Shown here in pieces: positions 49,166 through 62,250 of a stretch of DNA of 64,000 nt; the stretch's first letter is position 1; each line of letters opens with the position of its first letter. Where the stretch lies: NCBI GenBank assembly GCA_030265395.1, contig JARFYF010000112.1, positions 60,885,582-60,949,581 of the forward strand, given 5' to 3'. A program made the position numbers and the translations under genes. The stretch comes from Rhina ancylostomus (taxonomy: Eukaryota). Below the pieces are notes generated by a model, which saw only the letters and a list, made by a program, of their open reading frames with translations, was not told where the DNA came from and made no database searches.

Positions 49166-52100
49166 TCCTCTTTGTTACCACCCTATCAACTTGTGTGGCC
49201 ACTTTCTGGGAGCTATGGACTTGGAAGCCAAGATTCCTCTGTATATCAGTGCTGTTAAGAGTCATGCCATTAACTGTGTACTTTCCCTTTATGTTGGATC
49301 TTGCAAAGTGCAACACTTCATTCTTACCTGGATTAAACTCCATCTGCCAGTTCTCTGCCGATATCTGCAACCAACCTATATCCTGTTGTATCCTTTTGCA
49401 GTTTTCTACACAATTCTCAACACCACCAATCTTTGTGTCATCTGCACACTTACTAACCCACCCATCCACATTTTCATCCAGGTCATTTATATACATCACA
49501 AACAGCAGAGGTCCCACCACAAGTCAAGGACCTCCAGCCAGAATAAGACCCATCGACCACTACCATCTGTCTTCTATGGGAAAGCCAATTCTGAATCCAA
49601 ATGGCCATATCAGCATGGATCCCATGCATCTTAATTTTCTGAATGAGCCTACCAATGAGGGACCTTGTTGAATGCCTTACTAAAATCCATGTAGACAACA
49701 TCTACTTCTCTATCTTCATCNNNNNNNNNNNNNNNNNNNNNNNNNNNNNNNNNNNNNNNNNNNNNNNNNNNNNNNNNNNNNNNNNNNNNNNNNNNNNNNN
49801 NNNNNNNNNNNNNNNNNNNNGCCTAACCAGAGTTTTATAAAGCTGCAACATAACTTCCTGACTCTTGAACTCAGTGCCTCGACTAATAAAGGCAAGCATG
49901 CCGTACACCTTCTTTACCGTCCTATCAATGTGTGTAGCCACTTTCAGGCAGCCATGGACTTTGACCCCAAGATTCCTCTGTGTACATTATATCTGATCTC
50001 CCAAAGTGCAACACCTCACACTTGGCCAGATTAAATTCCATCCGTCATTTCTCCACCCATAGCTGCAACAATCTATATCACACTGTATCCTTTGGCAATC
50101 TTCTACATTACCCACAACACCACCAATCTGAGTCATCTGCAAGTTTACTAATCCACCAGTCTAAGTTTTCATCCAAGTCACTAAACATATCACAAGCAGC
50201 AGAGGTCGCAGTACAGATCCCTGCACAACACCGCTAGTCACAGACCTCCAGCCAGAATAAGTCCCATCAACCACTACCCTCCGTCCTCTATGGTCAAGCC
50301 AATTCTGAATCCAAACTGCCAAGTCACTGTGGCTCCCATGCATCTTAATCTTCTGGATGAGCCTTCCATGAGGGACCTTGTCGAATGCCTTACTAAAATC
50401 TGTGTAGATTACATCTACCTTCATCGATCACCTCCTCGAAAAAAACAATCAAGTTAGTAAGACATGACCTGCTCCACACAAAGCTATGCTGACTGTCCCT
50501 AATTAAGCCATGCTTTTCCAAATGTTCATAAATCCCATCCCTGTGAATCCACCCTGCTTCCAACCACTGATGTGAGACTTAGCAGTCTACAATTTCCGGG
50601 ATTACCCCTATTTTCCTCCTTGAACCCGCCAGTCCTCCAGGACCTCATCTGTGGCTTGAGAGGACATAAAGATCTTGGTCAAAGACCGAGCAATGTTGTC
50701 TTCTTCTCGCTTAATAATCTGGGGTACATCCAATCAGGTCTCAGAGACTTATCCACCTTAGCATTCTTCAAGAGACCCAACACGACTTCTTTATATCTAA
50801 ATGCCTCAGCATATTAGTGTTCTTCACACTGGTCCCATTGTCGTCCATGCCATGGTCCTTGGTGAATACCAATGCAAAGTACTCACTTAGGACCTCGACA
50901 ACATCCTCCACTCCCAAACAGATTTTCCATCCTCAAGTGGTCCTACCCTCTTCCAAGTTATCCTCTTGCTCCGGATCTACATATAGCATTCCTAAAGCTT
51001 ACATACACTTCCTTTCTCTCCTTGACTAAATTAACCACCTCTCTCATAATCAAAGGTTATCTTACCTTGCCATCCTTGTCCTTCCTTCTAACTGGAACGT
51101 ACCAGCCTTGTACTCTTCGCAGTTGGTCTTTGAACAACCTCCACATCAGGTGATGATCTGACCAAAAATCAGCTGTTCCCAATTAACTATTAATCCATCA
51201 TTGCTACCTAAATTCCTCTCATAATTGGCCCCCATTCCCAACAAGGTCTATTCTTGTCTTTATTCATAGCCAGTTTAAAGCTTAGGGACTTGTGATCACT
51301 GTTTCTGAAGTGTTCTCCCACTGAAAGGTCAGTCATCGAGCCCCTGCTCTCGTTGGGCTATCAACAGGCTCTTCCAAGAAACTCTCCTTGATGCACCAAA
51401 AAAATTCCAGCCCAGCTAACCTTCTTGCACAAAAGGAGGTCACATAATGCGATATTGGGGAAGTTGAAGTCTTCCAGTATGACAACCCTGTTGTTTTGAA
51501 CCTTTCCCCAAATGTGCCTGTTCCTCAATGGCTCCTTTAACTGGTTTCTGGAGGGTCTATGGTACAATCCCATCTGAGTGATTACACCCTTTCTTATTTT
51601 TGAGTTCTACCCAAATGGACTCAGTGAATGAGCCTATCACAATGTTGAGCAAAGAGCAAGCTCACAGAGAACCCAAATGCAGCACACCGGTACAAGACTG
51701 GAGTCAGGATACTNNNNNNNNNNNNNNNNNNNNNNNNNNNNNNNNNNNNNNNNNNNNNNNNNNNNNNNNNNNNNNNNNNNNNNNNNNNNNNNNNNNNNNN
51801 NNNNNNNNNNNNNGGACATTCTGTTCCAAATGCTCATAAATCTTATCCCTAAGAATCCTTTCCAATAGCCTCCCTACCACTGATATGAGACTCACTGGTC
51901 TGTAGTTACCATGATTATCCTTAATTCCCTTTTTGAACAAAGCAACAACATTAGCTACTTTCCAGTCCTTTGGGACCTCACCTGTGGCTAAAGAGGTCAC
52001 AAAGATCTTGGTCAAGGCCCCAACAGTCTCATCTCCTGTCTCTCTCAATAAACTGGGATATATCCCATCAGGCCCTGGGGACTTATCCACCTTAATGTTC

Positions 52101-52320
52101 TTCAAGAGACCCAACATGACCTCTTTCTTTATCTCAAAATAGCCTAGCATATTTCACACTGCTCTCACCATCCTTCATGCCCTTCTCCTTGGTGAATACC
52201 AATGCAGAGTACTCATTTGGACCTCACCCACAGCGTTCACCTCCAAGCACATGTTCCCTCCTTTATCCTTGAGTGGTCCTACCCTCTCCCTAGTTACCCT
52301 CTTGTTCTTGATATATGTCT
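49165..52320 (-). mobile_element. Cluster of three CR1 ORF2 fragments (49165-49720; 49821-51620; 51814-52320)
   Basis: ORF translations: GPLLFVMYINDLDENVDGWVSKCADDTKIGG, YTDFSKAFDKVPH..QGSVL, LYKTLVR, EDFNFPNI (APE endonuclease), KSPGPDGIYP..NYRPVSLISVVG. Confidence 0.92.
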
Positions 52321-53959
52321 AGAATGCTGCCCCAAAGTTGCATGTGGTACATTAAGTACTCTTGTGTGCTTCTGTCATCCACGTAAATAGAACAACTCCT
52401 TCCTCCAATGTGACCTGCAGAGCTGCAGTGCACTCACAATCCTTCAGTCTAGCTCCTTGAAGCATCCTTTTACTTTCACCCTTTCCATAGCACACCCTTG
52501 GTGAATTTAGCTATAAGGCTGAATTTAGGCTATATATACAGCCTGTGGAAAATTGCATCTAATCAGCCCTTGAGTGCTAGTTCTGCAGATGTCAGTTTCA
52601 GTGCCTGTAAGTACATTCAAAACATGATAATCAGTTAGCCAGAAAATTGTGAACAATCCACACTTTCAAAGATGTGTCTCTTATTAGCAAAACATCCATT
52701 TAATGGCTGTCTTCACTCTCTGGCCAACATAATCTCCTTAATCTCCATTTGGATAGACATTTGTCTATAAATCAACTAAGAACTTTGCAATTAAAAGCAG
52801 AGCATTCATACAGGATAGGCAGAGATGCTGACGGATTGTAAAGCACAATTCACATTAAAACATAGCTGAACAAGAAGCAATTTGAACATTTTCCAAAATG
52901 TCAGCCTCAGCTTTGGAGTAATATCCCAAGTTACTGGTGATAATAGCAGACTGTGGCCAGGGAAGATCAGGCTGGCCATACTAGGTCCAAGTTCAGTTAG
53001 TCAGACATAAAGACAAATGACTTTAGACACAGCTCTGTGCAGAAAACATTGTAGTTGTAAGAGAAAAGAATATTCTTTCATGATATCTCAGTTGTGTTGC
53101 TGTACCAGAAGAAATTGCCCCTCAATGCCTCAAGTCACCTTGAGAGATAGGCCTAGCCAGATTCATGACCATTCCTTGCATATTTACAAAAGAGGGTATA
53201 CAGCGGATCATTGTAAAGGATAAGGCACTATTGAGTGCTGAAAATGCATGTACATATGAAATACTTTGCTTTTTATTCCTGTGAATTTTCAGCTTGTTCA
53301 ACATTTGAAAGAGCTATTCAAACCATAGAGCACATGTTCAACAATATGTCAAACCTTGGAAAACATTAGTAAGCCATTGATATCGTAGGAAATGAGGAGC
53401 TCAAAGTGGCATTGTTGATGAGCTACAGTTTAGTATTTCCTCTCACCTAACTAGGAGCACTAAGCCCATGTGTGGTTAAATCCAAGTGGAAATATGAAAG
53501 CAACATGCATTTTTAAAGGTGCCACCAAATTTTAGGATACAACCAATCAATGCAGTTTTAGTGCACATCTACAATCTAAGTTGCAGGGCAGCCACTGGTG
53601 TTCTTAGTACATATCTAACTATTGAATGGCTTATTGACTCACTCCTCTGTCAGGTTGGTGGCATTTTGATAGATGTGGTCAAAGAAGCTATGCTAGTTGA
53701 TTGCCACTGTGTCTTCTTTCTTGGAATATCATGCTTTCAGTTTAGGAATTTTTGCAATTATTCATATCTCACTGCAAAGCTGTTGTGAATCTGTCGGGAG
53801 ACTTGACATTGGTAAGTAAAGCCTCAGCCAGAGAATCCCGTCAAAGTTAGCTCTGTTACTTCTCTGGTAGTGGGAAGTTTGGGACGAGGACACCTCTTCA
53901 TTAGCTGAGCTTTTCTTAAAACATGCCATCTGGAAGAATCCTAGCTGCAAAATGATACC

Positions 53960-54260
53960 TGTTGCTCAATTGGTTGCAGTTGCCTCTGAGTCAGAATGTT
54001 ATGGGTTCTAATTCAGCACCAGAGTCTTGATCACAATTAGCTATGTTGCCATGGAACTGTAATACTTAGGTAATTTGCACTATTGGAAGTTAATTGGTTA
54101 GGTAGGATGTTAAACCAAAACCCTACTTAAGATAGAAGATCTTGTGACAATATTTCAAAGAATAGCAGATAAGTCATCCCTTAGGTGTTTAACATCAATC
54201 AACAGAATAAAAGCTCAGATATTGCTACTTGTGACAGTTTGGTGCTTTGTTTACTGCTGG
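53960..54260 (+). mobile_element. DeuSINE/SacSINE1-like element
   Basis: Head gctcaattggt..gcctctgagtcagaa..gggttctaatt, and gatgttaaacc..taagatagaagatc. Confidence 0.6.
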
Positions 54261-55439
54261 TTTGGGATATTAATGCATTTTTTTCCTTTTGAATCACCAG
54301 CTCCTCATAAAAAAAAGTGCAGAATGAAATGAATATGGAAATAATTGTATAATGCTTTCAGACCATTAAAACTATAAGAACCAGCTGTAAATAGAGGGAA
54401 ACACAAGTGCAAGAAAGACCTGTCAGAAGTTGAATGTCCTCACCTTTTTTTCACGCAAGGAGCTTTAATTGCTTTCTTGCCTTTTAGGTATACTCAAACC
54501 CTTGTCGACTGCTGGCTTTCAATAGCCTGCTAGAAACCAGGACTCCCCCTAGAGTTGGAAATTCCTCATGTAGCCTGAAAAGCACTTTCTGCTCATGACA
54601 GTAAACTTTCTGTCCCAGATCCAGCTTAAAGATTGAGTGAAGCTTAATTGTTACTGAGTGATAAACCAGTGGGGATATTTTTTTCAGCTGACCTTTGTTT
54701 TTACATCATTACCCAATGTGGACAGTCTCTTATTTTGGCAGTGATGTATCCTTGCAACAATTACTGCTGAATCAAGTTATTTCTAGTTTATTTAGTTTAT
54801 CAAAATAAATGAAAGATAATTTGATTGGTCAGCAATTGTTGCAAGTCGGTAATACAGGTTATACATGTGACAAAATAAAAGGAACACAGGGTCCAATTGA
54901 TGCCTGAGATTGCGTTCCATTCTAGTTTGATTCAACCTCAGCCTATTTTATAGTACAAAGATTTTAGTGGCTGCATCCAGCTAATGATTATTATATTGAG
55001 TGGCATAAAAACATCCTATCCATTCAGGTCTATTAATACAAAACTATGTTGTACAATAATATCAACTGTTCACATGTTAATTTGACTTCTACTTTTATTA
55101 AAACAAAGATAGTTTATCATGTCAAAATATATTAACCTTGAGAGCACTTTTCAGTTTGGTAATCCTATATGCCCAAGAGTCCAACAGGAACTAGCCACTG
55201 AAGACTGTTACATGGTGAAAAGACAAACTTCATTAAAGTAATAACATTGATATCAAAATATATTGACTTTCATAGCATTTGTCTTCCACTTTCCTTCAGC
55301 ATTCAAAGAGCATTTATTAGAATGTCAATATTTTCTAAGTGAGCCATTCTTTGAATTTAATTCAACAGTTTTCCTATTGAAGCTGAATGATTATTCATCT
55401 TATTGCTGTCTGCAATGTTGCTGGCAGAGAATGGCTGGC

Positions 55440-55880
55440 ATTTTTATCAATATAAAGAAAAGCAAAGTTATTATAGTTATAATGTAGCTTCACTGAACTC
55501 AGGACATTTCAAAGTATTTTACAGCCAATTAAATGCTTTGAAGTATATTCATCGATATAATGGAGGAGCAGTATCAGCTAATTGTGCAATCCACAAACAA
55601 AGAAGTAATCTGTTTTAAAGGTGGTTGAGGGGTAAATATTGGCAGGGCTTTGGTGTGAACCACATTGTTCCAGTGCCATGGGATCTATTACATACACAAG
55701 AGAGGGCAAATGGACACTTGGGTTAACATTTCCACCTGAAAAAGGTGGCATCTTAGACAATGCTGTAGTTTGTGAATACTGTACATGAATGCTGGTCTAA
55801 ATCGTGTACTCTGGACTGGGCTTTCAAACCTTTAGCTATTGATTCAGAAGCAACAGTATAATCACCGAGCAACAACTTTT
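55440..55880 (-). mobile_element. DeuSINE/SacSINE1-like element
   Basis: ggttgaggggtaaatattggcaggg..gtgccatgggatct..catttccacctgaaaaaggtggcatcttagacaatgc. Confidence 0.7.
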
Positions 55881-57183
55881 GCTGCATTCGAAAAGCATTT
55901 ATTGTAAGAGAATCACAGCATTATTTGTCAGCATATATAATAAACTACTGCAAATTGTATTTTATCAGAATTTAGATTATTGATAAGTTCTTAAATACAC
56001 CCTTAGAGAGAGGCACTTTATAAATTATTCAATATTATAAAGCATAATTGAAAGTAAATGGGTAAATGTGTATACATATCCCATCTATATCATATATATA
56101 TATTCACAAATGTGTATGTATAATTCACCTTGACTAAAGAAGAAATCACAGTGATAAAGAACAATATGACTGCAAGAATGACAGTACTGTCATCAAATAG
56201 TCCACTTACACAATTGCTTGTGCGAGGCCAGCTTGCTAAGGGCACCAAGTTTAAAGCATCTGGCAGCCTGATGGAAACCCTTCATTCTTATCTGAGATTC
56301 AATCTAGATTGTAGAGAAAAGGCATTCATCTTCTTTATATTCCAGAAGTTCACATATATCACAAACAACAGTAGAAAATACCATTGCTTATCTGTGGAGG
56401 CAATTCTTTGAATTAAGAATTTCTCTGTAATTGCACTTAATAAATTAAGTTGAGAATGTACATATGCAAGTTGTATAATCTGTGTTTAATTATTACATTT
56501 ATTTGACATGTTTGTTCAGATATTTTTTTCCAATTTTGTCTGCTTTGTGATTCTTCACTTCAAAAGGCATTAACTCTAGTAGGGGCCAAGTACCATGCCT
56601 AAGTGACCAGATGTAGCTGTTAACGAGCTATTCAACTGCAGAAGCTATCACAAGAAAATCAATCCAATCCTGATCTCAAATGGACATTAAGATTTGCTGA
56701 TTGATGTTCAAGAGAGCTAATCCTGTTTGATTTTCCTGTTTATTACACCAGAATTCAATTGCTTCTCAAGCAATAAAGTAAACTCAGGTCAAACTGGAAT
56801 ATGAACCTAATTACTTGATGGGTGGCAATGTTGACTCATTGAGTGTATTTATGTACTAAATTATCAACAAAGCTTTCTCTTTTTATTGCAGCTGATCCAT
56901 GAGGTGTATGTTTTTGGAAGTGGATTATTTATGTGCCTTGCAACAACTAGTAAGCATCAGCTATCCTAGCTAAAGTGAATAAGCAGTCAGATCCAGAGTA
57001 TTGTTCCTTTATTTTCAACCATATCCAATAATTCATTTTAATTTCAGATGAATAATATGGGAATCTGATGCACCACCACACCAATGGCCAATCTAATTTA
57101 CCTTTAGTGCCCATAGCATTTCATTGTGAGTTATTAGGCAACAAGTAACATCTGGCAAGTAAAACAGATCCAAAGGACTCTCA

Positions 57184-57420
57184 CAGAGACACAAAAGTCT
57201 GCAGATGCTGGAATCCAGAGCAACACACTGAACAATGGAGGAACTCAGCAAGTCAGGCAGCATTCATGGAGGGAATTGGATAGTCAATGTTTTGGGGTGA
57301 GACCCTTGGTCGAGGTCGTGTCTGGATGAAGGGTCTAGACTGAAAACGTCTACTGTCCATTTCCCTCCATAGGTGCCGCCTGACCTGCTGAGTTCCTCCA
57401 GCATTTTGTGTCTTACTCTG
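57184..57420. mobile_element. Palindromic (head-to-head dimer) Penelope-derived element with 11-bp TSD
   Basis: The ~70-bp arms ggaggaactcagca..gaccctt / aagggtc..tgctgagttcctcc are reverse complements. Ends are CAGAG/CTCTG. Flanks are AAGGACTCTCA (57173-57183) and AAGGACTGTCA (57421-57431). Confidence 0.85.
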
Positions 57421-59139
57421 AAGGACTGTCATGGTTGACAAAGAAGGACATTTTCAGTTCTTTTGGTCTGCCCTAGGTTTAACCTCACATCTCAGAGGTG
57501 AATGGCTACTGTCAAGCAACCCATAACATTTAATGCATTATCTATTTNNNNNNNNNNNNNNNNNNNNNNNNNNNNNNNNNNNNNNNNNNNNNNNNNNNNN
57601 NNNNNNNNNNNNNNNNNNNNNNNNNNNNNNNNNNNNNNNNNNNNNNNNNNNNNNNNNNNNNNNNNNNNNNNNNNNNNNNNNNNNNNNNNNNNNNNNNNNN
57701 NNNNNNNNTTATATGTTAATGCAAACAACTGAAAGTTAGCTTTATTTTAGAAAAAAAGCAAATGTGGTCCTAGAATGTGGAGTAGGGTTCAGTCTGGTAA
57801 TGCAAAAGTTTTTACGTAATCCCTTTTGGTTTCCTTTTGGTCCAGATGAAAATGACTTTCTTCTAGAAATCCAAACATGGCATATTTGGACCTTGCTGGC
57901 AGCAATATCACATTTGTTTGACAGCATCTTCTGTCAATTTCTTGGCATCCTCATCTCCAACACCCAGCTAACGCTGTGAGCTGCTTTCAGAATGCGGGTC
58001 TAAGCATTTGAAGGCCGTCTTTTGTTGGTTAAACTGTCACGTTCCTGCTGTGGGCTGGGTAGTTTTTGCAACAGAGAGAAGAAAAGATGATTACTATGGC
58101 AAAAAGAAGCAGCCCACCTGCTTCTAGCAGATTCAGGTTTTTTATCTTTTGCTACAATTTTTCACCTCCTTTATTGAGAGTTTCAGCTATGAAAACCACT
58201 TGAAGAACAGTCAGGAAAGCAGAGGAAGATGGGAGGGAAAATGATATTTGGTACATGTTAGCTTATTACTGTAAATTTCAGTCTCCATTCTGCCTCAATA
58301 TTATGAAACCTTCCACATTTAGAGAATACTGTAAATTTGCCAAGTTAATGGTGTCCAATAGGCAGCAAATCACTCTTTTACAGCAACTCACAAGCAAATG
58401 ATAGAGCATGTTACCCTGCAGTACCTCAGTAATTCATCAGAGACACTTATGGTATCAGACATAGAAAGCAAGATGTAGATGAGTTCATGGAAGAGCTCAA
58501 TGAAATCAGAGAGCACAACATAGAGTGACTGATGAAAGATGGGACATGACACAGAGAAGAAGCATTAGACAGGTCTTTTGAGACTCTAGGCAATGGTTGC
58601 ATGAAGGGATTGACAGCACACATTGCGAGGTTATGTAGAGAAGAGATAAAATCCTTAATGAGTGTCAAAGAAGATGAGGGAAAGATGCTGTAAGGCTGAG
58701 AGAAGCCATGTTTGTAAGACAGATGGAAAACAGTAATAAGGCAAGAGTCATTAATAAGCATCAAAATATTCTATTTGATGAACAGTGACCAAAATTGAAG
58801 TTAATGTAATGTCTTCATGAACACATTGAGTCACAGCATGTACATCCAAAGAGGTAGAAGTTTATTTATAATTCAGCATGCATGTTATTGAAATGTTGAA
58901 TCTTTCAAACGGCAGACCGAATATCTGTGAAACTGTCCCACTGTTGAGAAGCAGGCACACCACATGGTTCAGTTTTAATGTATTCTTAAGCATGGATAAC
59001 AAAGTATTATATTTGATTCCATCACAGATTCCCACTTCTCACCCACCCCTAATGTTCCCATCTACCACAGCCACTGACTCTACCAACACATCTCATCTCA
59101 ATGAATTAGCTGTTACATTATTCATTAAAGACTCAATTT

Positions 59140-59465
59140 AAGCACAAAATGTATGTTGATGGTGACAGATGTATTATCTTTCGGATGAAAAGCTAAACCT
59201 AATCCACCTTCTCCCATGGATGTAAAACGATCCCATGACACTAATTTTAAGAAGGGTGAGACAGTTCTCCCTAGTATCTTCCACATCTTTATCTCCCAAC
59301 TAATGTTTCTTAGGAGCAGATTATGCAACTCATCTGCTTGCTGTATGCTCTGCACACTCTGACATTGCAACTATAGCTAGATATCAAAAGCAATTTTTGG
59401 CTTTAAGGTGTTCTGGAATATTTTAAGGTCATGAAAAAATTCTAAATTAATGCAAGTTCTTTCTT
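59140..59465 (+). mobile_element. DeuSINE/SacSINE1-like element
   Basis: tctttcggatgaaaagctaaacc..tggatgtaaaacgatcccatgacacta..aagaag..gttctcccta..aatgcaagttctttc. Confidence 0.7.
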
Positions 59466-61289
59466 GCTATTCTCGCATCCATGCAAGTTAACTAATCACC
59501 ATGCAGGTTAGGATCTTACAAAAGAGTTCTTTGTTCAGTGGAAAGAAATTGTATCATCATTCAGTGACCATGCCTTTATCTAGCTCCTTCAACAACCAAG
59601 GACAATCACAGAAACGAAATGGATGGCAAGCATCAATGGGAGAGATAGGTAAGCATAAGCGTAGGCAAAATGAGGTCTTTAGAAATGGGAACAGATGTAG
59701 TGAGGTNNNNNNNNNNNNNNNNNNNNNNNNNNNNNNNNNNNNNNNNNNNNNNNNNNNNNNNNNNNNNNNNNNNNNNNNNNNNNNNNNNNNNNNNNNNNNN
59801 NNNNNNGGTTAATTTTTTTTCCTCTTCCCCCTCCCTTCTCATTTCCATTTTCATGGAGCAGGCTCGATGGGCCGAATGGCCTTCTGCTCCCTTATCTTGT
59901 GATCCAGATAAACTATAGTCATAGCTGTACTATGCACTTTAAGGACCCATAACCAAGCAACCAGATGGTGGGATTTACTTCCCTTAATTTACTCATGGGA
60001 TGTGGCTGGTTCTGCCAAAGCCAGCATTTATTGTCCATTCCTAACTTACCATGAACTGAGGAGCGATTCAGTAACAACCATATTAGATAGTTTGGAGTCA
60101 CATGTAGACTCATGGAGGGCAAGGAGAGGGGATTTTCCTCCCCGAAGAAAATTAGTGAACCAAATGGGGTTTTATGACAATCCAATGTTTTTTGGTCACC
60201 CAGTACCGAGACTTGCTTTTTCAAAAATATTTAGATTTAATCGGTGATCGCAGTTGAGAGAAAGGTGTCAGAAGGGCTGCTTCAGTAATTATATGACATT
60301 TCAACAAGTATAATCCAATATACAATATTAATTAAACTGCTCCTAGCTTAAATAAGAAATCAGAAGAAATATTTCCTGTAGAATTTCTTAGTAAGCAGGA
60401 AATAAATAAAAAAACTAGCACAAGGTGTGTAACAGTTCTACAGAAAGCTGCTTAGTCTGCAAAGAGGAATTGCCTGTCACTTTGCACATGAGTAATTGCT
60501 ACAGGGTATTGGACTATTGGGTAGGCCAATTTTACTCATGGAACTACAGTTAGATATATGCAATGCCTTGAGGAGAGAAGTGATGAAAATTGATACGAAG
60601 CAAACAGGAAAGGTCTTGTCATTAACAGGCCATGCAGGTGATTTTGAAATTTCTGCTTATTAAAACTAGGGTGGAGTCCAATAGAAAGCTTGAAAAATGA
60701 GGTTTGATATTGGATTCCAAATCCTTGAGCATCCTCCAGTTTTTGAAGCAATCTTTTGATAGTGCAGTGAATTCATGATTGACATTTGCATTGGCATATT
60801 CAGTCATCCTCAGAGACTCAGACAAAACTCACACCAAATCTTCTCTTCTCTAAAGGCATTAAGTGTGCAAAGTCAATACGATAAAGATAAAGATGGAAGG
60901 GCCTGCCCAATACAGATTTCAATTAAATAAAGTCAAAGTGTTTTTTGTTTCATTTTATATCCAAATGGCATTAAAATTGAACATCATTTATCTGGATAGC
61001 AAATCAAGTAATTTTGGTGAGTAGATTGCCCTTATACTTGAGTTTTATCCTCAGCAGAATTGACCTCTTCATATGTAATGAAGTGAGTGGCATTTCAACT
61101 CTGCCAGCAATCTAAGCTATTGATTTGTGGTTCAAGATATAATAAAAGTCCTGTAGTTACTACAGTAATTTAAGAAGTAAACATACCCCACCCCTTCCAG
61201 TAGGACTGTTCAATTGTATAAAGACCCATCTAGGAAATGTTGTTCATCCATTTATAGAACAAGGCAAGATTCTTTCTGATACATACAAG

Positions 61290-61645
61290 GTTAGAGCAGA
61301 GGGTTATTCTGCATAGAAACAGGCTCTTTGGCCCATTTCAACCATGTGGACCAAGTTGTCTATCTGAGCTGGGCCCATTTGCCTGTGTTTATCCCATATC
61401 CCTCTAAACCTTTTTTATCCATGCATCAAATGTCTTTTAAAGGTTGTAATTGTACCCTCATCTGGTACTTCCTCTGGCAGTTCATTTCACATGACCACCA
61501 CCCTCTGTGTGAAAGAGTTGCCCCTTAGGTTCCCTTTAAATCTTTCCCCTCTCATCTGAAACCTATGCCCATTGGATTTTAGGCTACCCTACCTGGGAAA
61601 AAGACTGTGACCATTCAACTTATTTATGCCCCTCATGATTTTATA
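61290..61645 (-). mobile_element. CR1 3'-end fragment
   Basis: gaaacaggctctttggccca..accaccctctgtgtgaaagagttgcccc..tatgcccctcatgattttata. Confidence 0.8.
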
Positions 61646-61679
61646 TCTGCCTTCTGTGTACTCCCAATGACTAGACTCC

Positions 61680-62250
61680 AGGTTGTCAATACCTTCCCAG
61701 ATGCTTTTTCCACACTTTGAGAGGGATTCCCACAAGTAGGTACAGATGTTGCACTTTTTAAGGATATTTTGAGAACACTCTCAAATCTTTTCCTCTGTCA
61801 ATCCACTGTCAAGGTGGAGCTCAGATTAGAGTCTCTGTTTCAAGAGGTTGGTGTCATGATATGCTAACAGGAATTGACTGGGTGTAATTAGGGTCTCAGT
61901 AGTGGGGATGTTGGTCTGAGAGAGGATGCTGACATTGGTTTGCTTATCCTACCAAAGGATTAGGAGAATTTTGCAGAGGCAACACTGGTGGTACCTCTTC
62001 TATGCTTGTTGCAGGCAATCTATGTCTCAGAGTCATATACAATGTCAGAAATCACTACTGTTTGCTAGACTAGGAATTTTGAGGTCTTAATCATCAAACA
62101 CTCTTTTCCCCAGATGACCGTAGGCCACACTGGGGCACTGAAGGTGATGGTGAATTTCATCATCAATGTCAATCTTCATTGAGGCAATTCCTAAGATATA
62201 GGAGGGGGTCCACATTTTCTAAGATCTTTTCATCCCTTTGAGATGAACAA
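61680..62250 (-). mobile_element. Decayed RTE-clade (BovB-like) LINE, C-terminal region
   Basis: Minus strand translates IDIDDEIHHHLQCPSVAYGHLGKRVFDD and RYHQCCLCKILLILW*DKQTNVSIL, typical RTE post-RT motifs. Confidence 0.75.

Noticed and set aside
3168-57420. Recurring ~35-bp hairpin motif as a CRISPR-like repeat
   Set aside because: Copies are dispersed, in both orientations, embedded in a longer repeat body, with no regular spacers or cas genes; the DNA is vertebrate.
58525-58560. Perfect CTGATGA as another hammerhead core
   Set aside because: No stem II or properly spaced GAAA follows.
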